Of a stretch of 55,335 nucleotides of DNA, positions 18,265-27,229 are shown piece after piece. Source of the stretch: a virus. Taxonomy: Duplodnaviria; Caudoviricetes. The stretch lies in IMG/VR virus record IMGVR_UViG_3300020042_002590, positions 1-55,335 of that record; one strand, given 5' to 3'. A model generated the notes under the pieces. That model was given only the letters and a program-made list of their open reading frames with translations. It was not told the origin of the DNA and ran no database searches. The translations under genes were made by a program, and so were the position numbers. Positions within the stretch are counted from its first letter, which is position 1, and each line of letters begins with the position of its first letter.

Positions 18265-18932
18265 TTGACCCGATCTCCATCCTCTTTGCCGCCAATGCTT
18301 GTGTCGCCGCAATCAAGCAGGGGTGCAAGCTGTACAAAGATGCCAAAACATCTTTCATGGAGATCAAAAAGACTGTTGATGAAGTTGTTACCGATGCCAA
18401 AGCAGTCAGAAGTTTCTGGCAAAAACTCTTCGGTTCCGCGCCCACCGCAAGCCCCAAGCCTGTGGCGAAAAAGAAGGAAGCCTACGTTGCCGTTGACGAA
18501 ACCCAAGTTATGGCAGACATCGTTGTTCAGCTTTCCCAATTTTTTAAACTGCAAGAGCAGCTTGCCGACCACATAAGGGAAGAGGAAGAGAAGAGCAAGA
18601 CAGTCTACGACCCCGATGCTAACCTGATGGAAGCCGCCCTAAAGCGGGTCATGGCTCAAGACCAAATGGCGTTGCTGGAAACGGAGATCAGAGAAGCAAT
18701 GGTGTACGGCGCTCCTAAAGAGATGGGGGCTTTGTATAGCAAAGTGTTTGATATGCGGGATGTCATCAAGATAGAGCAGGACAAAGCAAGGAAGAAACGG
18801 GATGATGAATCATGGCAACGCAAGGAAGAGGAGCGGCTCCTAAGAGAAAGGCAGGCGTATCTGCTGGCGACTATCCTATTCCTCCTATATATGTGGTTGC
18901 TCCTCGGCCTCTTGTACAAGATTGGGAGATAG
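18264..18932 (+). CDS. Membrane-anchored coiled-coil protein, probable non-canonical ATT start
   Basis: In-frame stop at 18258-18260, GAGG at 18253-18256, then ATT GAC CCG ATC (MDPISILFAANACVAAIKQG...) 31 codons before the first ATG at 18357; C-terminal TM helix. Confidence 0.6.
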   Translation: MDPISILFAANACVAAIKQGCKLYKDAKTSFMEIKKTVDEVVTDAKAVRSFWQKLFGSAPTASPKPVAKKKEAYVAVDETQVMADIVVQLSQFFKLQEQLADHIREEEEKSKTVYDPDANLMEAALKRVMAQDQMALLETEIREAMVYGAPKEMGALYSKVFDMRDVIKIEQDKARKKRDDESWQRKEEERLLRERQAYLLATILFLLYMWLLLGLLYKIGR

Positions 18933-18934
18933 TT

Positions 18935-19084
18935 GTGGGGTGGATAGCAGCTTGTGTTCTTGTAGTATTGTTGCTACCTATCATGGGTATGTTGTACATT
19001 GATATTTTGGAAGCTAGACATGAAGCTAGACAGCAACAAGAAAAAGTCCAAAAACTAATTAAACAACTTGAAAAGGAAAAATGA
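18935..19084 (+). CDS. Small membrane protein (lysis region)
   Basis: GTG start after GGGAG; TM helix plus short coiled coil. Confidence 0.5.
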   Translation: MGWIAACVLVVLLLPIMGMLYIDILEARHEARQQQEKVQKLIKQLEKEK

Positions 19085-19578
19085 TGGATTGGCTTAAACA
19101 AATTGCACCGACTATAGCTACCGCCCTTGGTGGCCCATTAGCAGGTTTGGCGGTTGACGCAATCAGTAAAGCGGTTGGCATTGACCCCAAAGATGTTCAA
19201 TCAACCATTGACCAAGGCAAACTCACCTCCGATCAAATTGCGCAACTAAAAACTGCTGAAATAGCAATGGCTGCACGGGCGCAAGAGTTAGGTTTGGACT
19301 TTGAGAAGATTGCTGTTGATGACCGCAAATCAGCAAGAGAGATGCAAAGCAAGACGCTATCGTGGATACCCGGCCTGATGGCAATTGTGGTAACTATTGG
19401 CTTCTTTGGAATCCTAGTTGGCTTGATGACTGAGCATTTCAAAACATCTGATGCATTGATGTTAATGCTTGGAAGTTTGGGAACAGCATGGACTGGGATC
19501 ATTGCTTTTTATTTTGGCTCTTCTGCTGGCAGTCAACGTAAAGATGAATTGTTGCATAAGTCTTCACCAAGCAAATAA
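19081..19578 (+). CDS. Holin (3TM, GTA-holin-like)
   Basis: IAPTIATALGGPLAG...DRKSAREM...two TM helices...IIAFYFGSS. Confidence 0.7.
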   Translation: MMDWLKQIAPTIATALGGPLAGLAVDAISKAVGIDPKDVQSTIDQGKLTSDQIAQLKTAEIAMAARAQELGLDFEKIAVDDRKSAREMQSKTLSWIPGLMAIVVTIGFFGILVGLMTEHFKTSDALMLMLGSLGTAWTGIIAFYFGSSAGSQRKDELLHKSSPSK

Positions 19579-19655
19579 AAAATAATAATTTACATCAAAA
19601 TTCACTTGGTTGTCATTGATTTAGTTTAATTTCAAGCAACTTCATTGGAGTTGCT

Positions 19656-20618
19656 ATGGGCAAAACTGTTTACAGCGATCAAGAGTTTATTGAGCTTTGG
19701 AAAACGCACGGATCAGGCACTGTGATGGCAAAGGCCCTTGGTATGGATCTACGCAATATCCTGAGGCGTAAAAATAACTTAGAAGCTAGATACGACATTA
19801 CACTGCCCCAAAAATCAAACGTAATTAAGATGATTGCCAAGCCAAATAATTCGGCTCGCAAAGAATTGGGGATTGAAAATGGCGTTGTTCTTGTTTTTAG
19901 CGATGCTCATTTTTGGCCGGGCATACATACAACAGCGTACAAGGGACTTCTTTGGGCAATTAAAGAGTTCCAACCAAAGGCTATCATTGCCAATGGAGAT
20001 GTGTTTGATGGCGCTAGTATTTCTCGTTATCCTCGCATTGGGTGGGATTCAACGCCATCAGTAATACAAGAACTCAAAGCCTGCGAGATTGCTTTGGGTG
20101 ATATTGAGGATGCCGCCAAGAAAGCGCGGCACAATGTCAAGCTGGTGTGGACACTTGGTAACCATGATGCTAGATTTGAAAATAGACTTGCCGCCAATGC
20201 GCCGCAATATGAGTTTGTAAAAGGTTTTACGTTGAAAGACCACTTCCCCACATGGGAGCCGTGCTGGTCTTGTTGGCCCACCGAAGATGTCGTTGTAAAA
20301 CACCGCTGGAAGGGTGGAATCCATGCCACGCATAACAACACTTCCATGAGCGGAAAAACGATGGTCACGGGTCACTTGCACAGTCTCAAGGTAACTCCTT
20401 ATGCTGATTACAACGGAAATAGGTTTGGCGTTGATACAGGCACTCTGGCAGAGACTGATGGGCCGCAGTTCATGAACTATTTGGAAGACTCGCCAACCAA
20501 CTGGCGATCAGGGTTTGCGGTACTCACGTTCCATGAAGGTAAGCTTTTATGGCCCGAGTTGGTACACAAGTGGAGTGAGAATCAAATTGAGTTTAGGGGT
20601 AAGGTTTATGACGTATGA
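19656..20618 (+). CDS. Calcineurin-like metallophosphoesterase with N-terminal HTH-like segment
   Basis: SDAH, NGDVFD, LGNHD, KH, TGHLHS motifs. Confidence 0.85.
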   Translation: MGKTVYSDQEFIELWKTHGSGTVMAKALGMDLRNILRRKNNLEARYDITLPQKSNVIKMIAKPNNSARKELGIENGVVLVFSDAHFWPGIHTTAYKGLLWAIKEFQPKAIIANGDVFDGASISRYPRIGWDSTPSVIQELKACEIALGDIEDAAKKARHNVKLVWTLGNHDARFENRLAANAPQYEFVKGFTLKDHFPTWEPCWSCWPTEDVVVKHRWKGGIHATHNNTSMSGKTMVTGHLHSLKVTPYADYNGNRFGVDTGTLAETDGPQFMNYLEDSPTNWRSGFAVLTFHEGKLLWPELVHKWSENQIEFRGKVYDV

Positions 20619-20820
20619 CCTTGTTGCTTATCTAAGATCAGAAATCAAAGAACTGCATAACATTCTGCATGAAACGCAGCTTGCTTTGGCGCAAGCAAAT
20701 GACAGATTAAACCGCAGATCCGAGCCTTTAACTGACGAGCGCGTTTACACGCTTTACCGCCGCAGTCTTGACTGGCGGCAGTTGGCAAGAGACATAGAAG
20801 CTGAACACGATATTGAATAA
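20608..20820 (+). CDS. Hypothetical protein
   Basis: ATG 20608 overlapping the upstream gene; coiled coil then PLTDERV...ARDIEAEHDI. Confidence 0.6.
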   Translation: MTYDLVAYLRSEIKELHNILHETQLALAQANDRLNRRSEPLTDERVYTLYRRSLDWRQLARDIEAEHDIE

Positions 20821-20834
20821 AACAAAGCATTAAT

Positions 20835-21071
20835 GTGAAAACAATAATTCATGTGAATCAGCACGTCATTAAAGCCAACGCAAAAAGTGGTGCAAATGAT
20901 CCAGTGTTAACAGTCAAAACATACAAAAGCAACACCTACGCACATGCAGTCGAAATCAATGGGCCAAGTCGCCTGATATATAAGCCCAACAACCCCCTCT
21001 CATGCGGGGCAAAGGTGTGGCTTGAGACGGATGCCGAGGTGACTTGTTTGCCATTTGCAAATGGCGAATAA
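20835..21071 (+). CDS. Conserved phage hypothetical protein
   Basis: KTIIHVNQHVIKAN...PVLTVK...PLSCGAKVWLET. Confidence 0.7.
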   Translation: MKTIIHVNQHVIKANAKSGANDPVLTVKTYKSNTYAHAVEINGPSRLIYKPNNPLSCGAKVWLETDAEVTCLPFANGE

Positions 21072-21119
21072 AAAAAGGGGAGTCCTAAGACCCCCCTGCA
21101 AGTAACAACTGCACCTGAA

Positions 21120-21413
21120 TTATGACACACGAACCCAGACTAAGCCATCTTCGTCTTCTACGATCTCTCCGATTTCGTATTCTCCGGATTCTTCGTCTTC
21201 GTCGGTTTCGCCTTCGTCGTCTTCGCTGACTTCTTCATCGAACTGGTTGTCTTCAAATTCGTCAGTCACGTCATAGTCGACGCACCAGCCGTACTGCTGT
21301 TGGAATTCAATGAACTCTTGGATGATTGCAATTTTCTCAAAATCATCTGTCTCAATGGTTACTGAGTCATCTCCAAATTCCCACTCTGCAATGTTAATCT
21401 CAATCTTGTACAT
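21120..21413 (-). CDS. Highly acidic small protein (possible DNA mimic)
   Basis: About 37 D/E and 3 K/R in 97 aa; AAGGGG RBS; hairpin plus T-tract on - strand at about 21070-21096. Confidence 0.65.
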   Translation of the reverse strand: MYKIEINIAEWEFGDDSVTIETDDFEKIAIIQEFIEFQQQYGWCVDYDVTDEFEDNQFDEEVSEDDEGETDEDEESGEYEIGEIVEDEDGLVWVRVS

Positions 21414-21518
21414 GATATTCCCCTTGGTTATGGCATGATTGCCAAGTAAAATCCTATCTCTGATTTATGACAACTTCTAGCAATGAACCGCAAATTTGTA
21501 CAACGAAAGGCCAAATAA

Positions 21519-21983
21519 ATGAACTTGTCTGCCAATTTTTCTTTAAAAGAATTAACAAGATCAGATATTGCCTTGCGCATGGGTTTGGACAACACCCCCG
21601 GTGAAAAAGAAATTGCAGCTTTGAGGCTCTTGGCGGAAAAGGTTCTTCAGCCTGTGCGCGACCATTTTGGCAGGCGTGTAACCGTAAATTCAGGGTTCCG
21701 CAGTATTGCTACAAATGTAGCCACGGGAGGCTCAAAGACCTCAGACCATGTCAAAGGACAAGCAGGCGATATAGAAATTGAAGGCATACCCAACGCAGAG
21801 CTTGCGCAATGGATCATGGATAACTTAGAATACACACAACTCATTCTTGAGTTCTACACTCCCGGCATACCTGACAGTGGCTGGGTGCATGTTTCGTATG
21901 ACCCAAACAACCTGAAAAAACAGGAGTTGACCGCTATGAAGGTCGCTGGTAAAACGCAATATGTTCCCGGCCTAGTAGCTTGA
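21519..21983 (+). CDS. Endolysin, peptidase M15A family
   Basis: LSANFSLKEL...VNSGFRS...SDHVKGQAGDI...WVHVSY zinc-peptidase motifs. Confidence 0.85.
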   Translation: MNLSANFSLKELTRSDIALRMGLDNTPGEKEIAALRLLAEKVLQPVRDHFGRRVTVNSGFRSIATNVATGGSKTSDHVKGQAGDIEIEGIPNAELAQWIMDNLEYTQLILEFYTPGIPDSGWVHVSYDPNNLKKQELTAMKVAGKTQYVPGLVA

Positions 21984-21987
21984 TGCC

Positions 21988-24348
21988 ATGCCATTACAAA
22001 AGATCCTCTTCAAGCCCGGTATAAACAGGGAAAACACAAGGTACACCACCGAAGGGGGTTACTACGACTGCGACAAAGTGCGGTTTCGTCAAGGCACACC
22101 AGAGAAGATTGGCGGCTGGCAGCAGATTTCCACCAGTACTTTTGAAGGTACATGCCGTTCATTGTGGACATGGGACAGCTTAGGTGGCGTTAACTATATC
22201 GGCGTTGGCACAAACCTGAAGTTCTACATATCCAGCGGTGGTGCTTACGACGACATCACGCCACTGCGTTCGGTGCAGATGAGTTTAAACGGCCCTTTCG
22301 CGGCAACCGCAGGCTCAACCACCATCACAGTTACGGACAACTCACATGGAGCAACGGATGGTGACTTCGTTAATTTCTTGGGCGCGGTAGCTCTAAGTAC
22401 GCAGACGTTTACACGCTCCACAGCCACAAACTTCACCTTGTCTACAGCACTTGCGCAGAACACTCCCGTAATCCTGACAATATCTGCTGGTGGCTCATTA
22501 CCTGCTGGCTTGGCTGAAAACACCCAGTACTACATCAATGTTGTGTCAGGCACTACGGTTAATTTCACCAACGTGCCAAACGGCGCGGCAATCAGCACAA
22601 CAACCGCAGGGTCGGGTACGTTCTCTCTGTACGTTAATAGCGGCATCACGGCTGAAGTTCTTAACCAGAGCTTTCAAATTACAGTTGTCAACACCAACTC
22701 TTACACAATTCAGTCTTCTGTTGCGGCTGGCGTGTATGACACTGGAAATGGCGGCAATCCAGTCAATGCGTACTACGAGATCAATGTCGGTAAAGATGCT
22801 GCTCAACCTTTAACTGGCTGGGGCGCTGGCCCTTGGGGTGAAGGCCCTTGGGGTGTTGGCACTCCAAGCGTGTCGCCTATCAGGATTTGGTCGCAGGCTA
22901 ACTTTGGGCAGGACTTGATCTTTGCCTATCGTGGTGGCCCGATGTACTACTGGAACGCTTCGGTTGGGGCTTCACCAAACCCAGTAAGCATCACAATTGC
23001 AACCCCCGGCGTGTTCACACTTGGCTACGGCAGCTTAACCGACACGATGGCTGTTGTTTTGGTTACCACTGGCGCACTGCCGACCGGGCTGACTTCAGGT
23101 ACTGTGTACTATGTAAGCGGCGCTTCCGGCTCGACGTTTAGACTTTCAACCACTTATGCAAACGCAGTGGCTGGGGTGTATATCACCACATCTGGAACGC
23201 AGTCTGGTACGCATTACGTTTCTCCTCGCGCCATCCCAGTGACCTCTTTGGGCGGCGCATCGGATGTGCCAGCAGCCGTGGATTTTGTCATGGTGTCGGA
23301 CGCAAGCCGGTTCGCGATTGCGTTTGGTGCTACACCCTTCGGTGGCGGTACGCTTGACCCCATGCTGATTCGTTGGTCAGACCAAGAGTCGGTTGTTGAA
23401 TGGACACCTGCGGCAACCAATCAGGCTGGCTTTATCCGACTGTCCCACGGCTCTGAAATCCGCACAGCAGTGCAGGCGCGGCAAGAGATTGTTGTGTTTA
23501 CAGATGCGTCTTTGTATTCTCTGCAATACCTTGGCCCACCATATGTTTGGGGTTCACAGCTTCTTGGCGACAACATCTCAATCGCTGGGTTTAACACGGC
23601 GGTCATTGCCTCTGGCGTTATTTATTGGATGGGCATAGACAAGTTCTACAAATACGATGGTCGCATTCAGACCTTACGTTGTGACCTGCGTCAATACATC
23701 TTTCAAGACATTAACCTTGACCAGCAGTCTCAGTTCTTTGCTGGCACAAGCGAAGGCTTCAACGAAGTTTGGTGGTTCTACTGTTCGTCTAGCTCAACCG
23801 TAATTGACAAGTATGTTGTGTACAACTACGCAGAAGACATTTGGTACTACGGCACTTTGGGCAGGACTGCTTGGCTGGACTCTGGCATCAATCAGTACCC
23901 CATCGGCGCTACATACGCAAACAACCTTGTGTACCATGAGTATGGCGTAGATGACCGCACCACAGAAACTGCCGTGGCTATTGAGTCATACATTGCTTCC
24001 TCTGAGTTTGACATTGGTGATGGTCACAACTTTGGGTTCATCTGGAGAATAATTCCTGACATCACGTTCCGTGGCTCTACTGCTGCCAGCCCACAAGTAA
24101 CCATGACCATTAAGCCATTGCAAAGCTCTGGTTCTGGGTACAACACGCCTGAGTCTGAAGGTGGCGTAAGTTCCGGCACTGTCACCCGCACAGCAACCGT
24201 GCCGGTCGAGCAGTTCACCCAGTATATTTATGTTCGGGTGCGCGGTCGTCAGATGTCGTTTAGGGTGGACGGCACTCAGCTTGGCCTTCAGTGGCAGTTG
24301 GGTGCGCCTCGTATTGACATCAAGCCCGACGGACGCAGGGGTTCGTAA
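21988..24348 (+). CDS. Tail/packaged-DNA stabilisation protein (P22 gp10-like nozzle)
   Basis: KPGINRENT...DKVRFR.G.PEKIGGW; IRWSDQE; EVWWFY; RVRGRQM...WQLGAPRIDIKPDGRR. Confidence 0.7.
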   Translation: MPLQKILFKPGINRENTRYTTEGGYYDCDKVRFRQGTPEKIGGWQQISTSTFEGTCRSLWTWDSLGGVNYIGVGTNLKFYISSGGAYDDITPLRSVQMSLNGPFAATAGSTTITVTDNSHGATDGDFVNFLGAVALSTQTFTRSTATNFTLSTALAQNTPVILTISAGGSLPAGLAENTQYYINVVSGTTVNFTNVPNGAAISTTTAGSGTFSLYVNSGITAEVLNQSFQITVVNTNSYTIQSSVAAGVYDTGNGGNPVNAYYEINVGKDAAQPLTGWGAGPWGEGPWGVGTPSVSPIRIWSQANFGQDLIFAYRGGPMYYWNASVGASPNPVSITIATPGVFTLGYGSLTDTMAVVLVTTGALPTGLTSGTVYYVSGASGSTFRLSTTYANAVAGVYITTSGTQSGTHYVSPRAIPVTSLGGASDVPAAVDFVMVSDASRFAIAFGATPFGGGTLDPMLIRWSDQESVVEWTPAATNQAGFIRLSHGSEIRTAVQARQEIVVFTDASLYSLQYLGPPYVWGSQLLGDNISIAGFNTAVIASGVIYWMGIDKFYKYDGRIQTLRCDLRQYIFQDINLDQQSQFFAGTSEGFNEVWWFYCSSSSTVIDKYVVYNYAEDIWYYGTLGRTAWLDSGINQYPIGATYANNLVYHEYGVDDRTTETAVAIESYIASSEFDIGDGHNFGFIWRIIPDITFRGSTAASPQVTMTIKPLQSSGSGYNTPESEGGVSSGTVTRTATVPVEQFTQYIYVRVRGRQMSFRVDGTQLGLQWQLGAPRIDIKPDGRRGS

Positions 24349-25001
24349 TGGCTGGATTTGAACCAAAATTAGCGGATTTTATAAACCCTGTTGCGCCTAA
24401 CTTACCGCTTGCGCCTAATGAATACGACCGGCAATTCCAAGATCAGTTTGAAAATATTCTGCGGCTGTACTTTAATCAACTTGACAGTGCGTTTGGGGCA
24501 TTACTTGGCCCGACCGGCGCTAAATACTTAAAGTTTCCATACGGAGCGTTCTCCAGCGACCAAGATCAGACCACAACGGCAAACACCGCCACGCTGATGA
24601 CGCTCAACACCACAGACTTTGCCAATGAGGTGTCAATCAGTTCGTCCAAAATCACGGTGGTGAATGCGGGCATCTACAACCTACAGTTCAGCACACAGTT
24701 TGCAAACACAAACAGTAACGTCCAAGATGTATATATTTGGCTGCGTCAAAACGGGACTAACATTACCGGATCAACAGGCTTTGTATCTATTCCGGGTAGT
24801 CACGGAGGTACGGATGGGCATTCAATTGTTGGCTGGAATTATTTTTTAAATATGGCGGCAAGCGATTATGTGGAAATCTACTGGTCTGTGCCTAACGCCG
24901 CTGTTAGCATCCAGCACCTTGCTGCTTCCGGCGCGCCAACCAAACCGTCCACCCAGTCCGTCGTAGCTACGATGTCATTTGTGTCAAGGCTCCCATCATG
25001 A
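24348..25001 (+). CDS. Tail-associated structural protein
   Basis: APNLPLAPNEYD...LRLYFNQLD; C-terminal GIYNLQFS...IWLRQNG beta domain. Confidence 0.6.
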   Translation: MAGFEPKLADFINPVAPNLPLAPNEYDRQFQDQFENILRLYFNQLDSAFGALLGPTGAKYLKFPYGAFSSDQDQTTTANTATLMTLNTTDFANEVSISSSKITVVNAGIYNLQFSTQFANTNSNVQDVYIWLRQNGTNITGSTGFVSIPGSHGGTDGHSIVGWNYFLNMAASDYVEIYWSVPNAAVSIQHLAASGAPTKPSTQSVVATMSFVSRLPS

Positions 25002-25007
25002 TACTAT
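24979..25007 (+). promoter_or_regulatory. Candidate sigma70 promoter for the ejection-protein genes
   Basis: TTGTGT-17 nt-TACTAT with extended TGn. Confidence 0.4.
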
Positions 25008-25034
25008 CAATAAACCCGTTTAAATGAGGCAAAA

Positions 25035-26819
25035 ATGAGCCTACAAATCGCAGCCCAACATCTGTCTTCGCAAGGTCGTGGTAATGACTCCATGCTCGTT
25101 CACATGTCCCCACGGGAAGTGAACAGTTTAAACGCAATTGCCAAAGCCCACGGCGGTCAATTGACCATCAACCCAAAGACGGGCTTGGCAGAAGCTGGCT
25201 TCCTTGAGTCTATCCTGCCTATGGTGGCGGGCGCAGCCCTGACTGCTACGGGTGTTGGCGCTCCTATGGCTGCATTGATGGTCGGTGGCGGCATGACTTT
25301 AATGACCGGTAGCCTTGAAAAAGGTTTGATGGCGGGCTTGGGTGCTTATGGTGGCGCAGGATTAGGCTCGTCACTCATGGCTAGTGGCGCAACTCCTGCG
25401 GCTGCTGGTGCAGCCGAGTCGGGTATATCTGGAGCAATGCAAGCGCAACACGCCGCTCAAGTAACTGCCGCTCAAACCGCTCAGCAAGCTCAGCAAGCAG
25501 CCGCCATACAAAACGCCGCGATTCAACAAGCCGCTACCGCCGCCCCCGTAGTAACGAACTTGCCCCCACAGGGGGTTATGAATTCTGCCGACTTGCTGGC
25601 TAAACAAAATGCACTGTCAGGTTCGCAGGCTATTGACGCTTCCGTTGCCGCTACACCGCCCAACCCAAATCATTACTCTGTAATGACGGGTAATTCCCCC
25701 GCGTTTCAAGCCCCCGTAAAAGCCCCGCCGTCCTTCATGGACAACCTTAAAACTATGGGTAGCAACATATCTCCATCTAACTTGATGAAGTTTGTTAAAG
25801 AAGACCCATTGTCGGCTGCATCCGGCGCGGCTTCGCTATATCCTACAAAGAAAAAAACCCCAGAGGAAGAAAAAGCCAATACGGACATGGGCCAACGCTA
25901 TGCTTTCAGCCCCGGTTATGTAAACCCTATGCCCGATGCGAGTGCTTCAGGTCAAGAGCAGACCTTTATGAACCCCTCTTACCGTCCCATCGGTAACGAA
26001 GAGGCCAAGAAAATTTATGGCTACGCCGATGGCGGCGCTACAGCCGACCCAGCAGCACCCCCAGTACCCACTTCATACACAGCCGCTGAACCCACAACAC
26101 CTATCAGCACACGCGCATCTGCTTTTGAAGTTCCAGAAGTAGATAGCCTTGCCGAATTGGCTAGAGCAAAAGAATCTCAGCGTTTTATCGACGCATACCT
26201 TAACCGTCCTGCGCCCATTGATGTGCAAGCGCAGTACAACGACTACCTACAGAGAACTTTGAACGCCCCGCCTGTTGCTGTGGCAAATTCAGGTTTAAGA
26301 GCCGTGACCCCATCTGCATCAACCAACGCAGAAGACGAGTTCATCTTCGATGCAAATACGCAAAGATACATACCAAATCCAAAAAGAGCAGAAGCAGAAG
26401 CCGCAAAAGCAAAAGCCAAAAAGAAGCCTTCGATTGGGGGTATTGGCGGTAAAGCTGGAGCGCCCCCAGCAAATAGCTATAACGCAAATCGCGGTAGGTT
26501 TGCCGAAGGTGGCGGCATCTCTGACGCAGGCTACAACCTTGGTGGTTACTCTGATGGCGGTAGATTACTGCGTGGCCCCGGTGACGGTGTATCCGACTCT
26601 ATCCCTGCGGTGATCGGCAAGAAGCAACCTGCACGATTGGCTGACGGTGAGTTTGTGGTTCCGGCACGTATTGTTTCTGAGTTGGGTAATGGCTCGACCG
26701 AAGCTGGCGCACGTAAGCTGTACGCAATGATGGACAGGATTCAAAAGGCTCGCGGCAAGACGGTGGGTAAGGGTAAGGTAGCTAAGAACAGCCGCTCTGA
26801 TAAATACCTCCCTGCGTAA
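25035..26819 (+). CDS. Internal virion/ejection protein
   Basis: GRGNDSMLVHM...TINPKTGLAEA; Gly/Ala hydrophobic segment; three [YF]xxGG motifs; C-terminal GPGDGVSDSIPA...LADGEFVVPA domain. Confidence 0.65.
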   Translation: MSLQIAAQHLSSQGRGNDSMLVHMSPREVNSLNAIAKAHGGQLTINPKTGLAEAGFLESILPMVAGAALTATGVGAPMAALMVGGGMTLMTGSLEKGLMAGLGAYGGAGLGSSLMASGATPAAAGAAESGISGAMQAQHAAQVTAAQTAQQAQQAAAIQNAAIQQAATAAPVVTNLPPQGVMNSADLLAKQNALSGSQAIDASVAATPPNPNHYSVMTGNSPAFQAPVKAPPSFMDNLKTMGSNISPSNLMKFVKEDPLSAASGAASLYPTKKKTPEEEKANTDMGQRYAFSPGYVNPMPDASASGQEQTFMNPSYRPIGNEEAKKIYGYADGGATADPAAPPVPTSYTAAEPTTPISTRASAFEVPEVDSLAELARAKESQRFIDAYLNRPAPIDVQAQYNDYLQRTLNAPPVAVANSGLRAVTPSASTNAEDEFIFDANTQRYIPNPKRAEAEAAKAKAKKKPSIGGIGGKAGAPPANSYNANRGRFAEGGGISDAGYNLGGYSDGGRLLRGPGDGVSDSIPAVIGKKQPARLADGEFVVPARIVSELGNGSTEAGARKLYAMMDRIQKARGKTVGKGKVAKNSRSDKYLPA

Positions 26820-26821
26820 CT

Positions 26822-27229
26822 ATGCCTCTGCATCACGTTCACCCTAACCATCTTCCAGTCGTATGGCCTGTTGCTCTGCCCCTCCTCAAAAAAGCGATGG
26901 ACTTGGAGCCGGGGTCACACAACGAGCAGTTCATTGAGTACAGCATTCGCACAGGTAGGACGCATTTGTTGGTATGGGAAGAACCCAGTGAAGGCATAAC
27001 CGGTGCTTGCACGATTGAGTTCATTGACTACCCAATGGAGCGCATTGGGCATGTGAATTTGATGGGTGGTAAAGGAATTGTCAGGGACTACGTGTTTGAT
27101 GAAGCCAAAGAATTTATGCGGCTCAACGGTGCAAAGAAAGCCCAATGTTGGGCAAGAGGCTCTCTTGTTGAGATGTACAAGAAAATGGGTATGGAAAATA
27201 CCCACCAAGTAATGAGGATTGAATTATGA
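26822..27229 (+). CDS. GNAT-like protein in the ejection module
   Basis: 135 aa, HLLVWE...ITGACTIEFIDYP...VNLMGG...EMYKKMG; position like P22 gp14/T7 gp13. Confidence 0.5.
   Translation: MPLHHVHPNHLPVVWPVALPLLKKAMDLEPGSHNEQFIEYSIRTGRTHLLVWEEPSEGITGACTIEFIDYPMERIGHVNLMGGKGIVRDYVFDEAKEFMRLNGAKKAQCWARGSLVEMYKKMGMENTHQVMRIEL

Noticed and set aside
18265-18576. 103-aa TTG-start ORF after the tail fibre
   Set aside because: Alternative frame overlapping the better supported ATT-start gene; its composition is not protein-like
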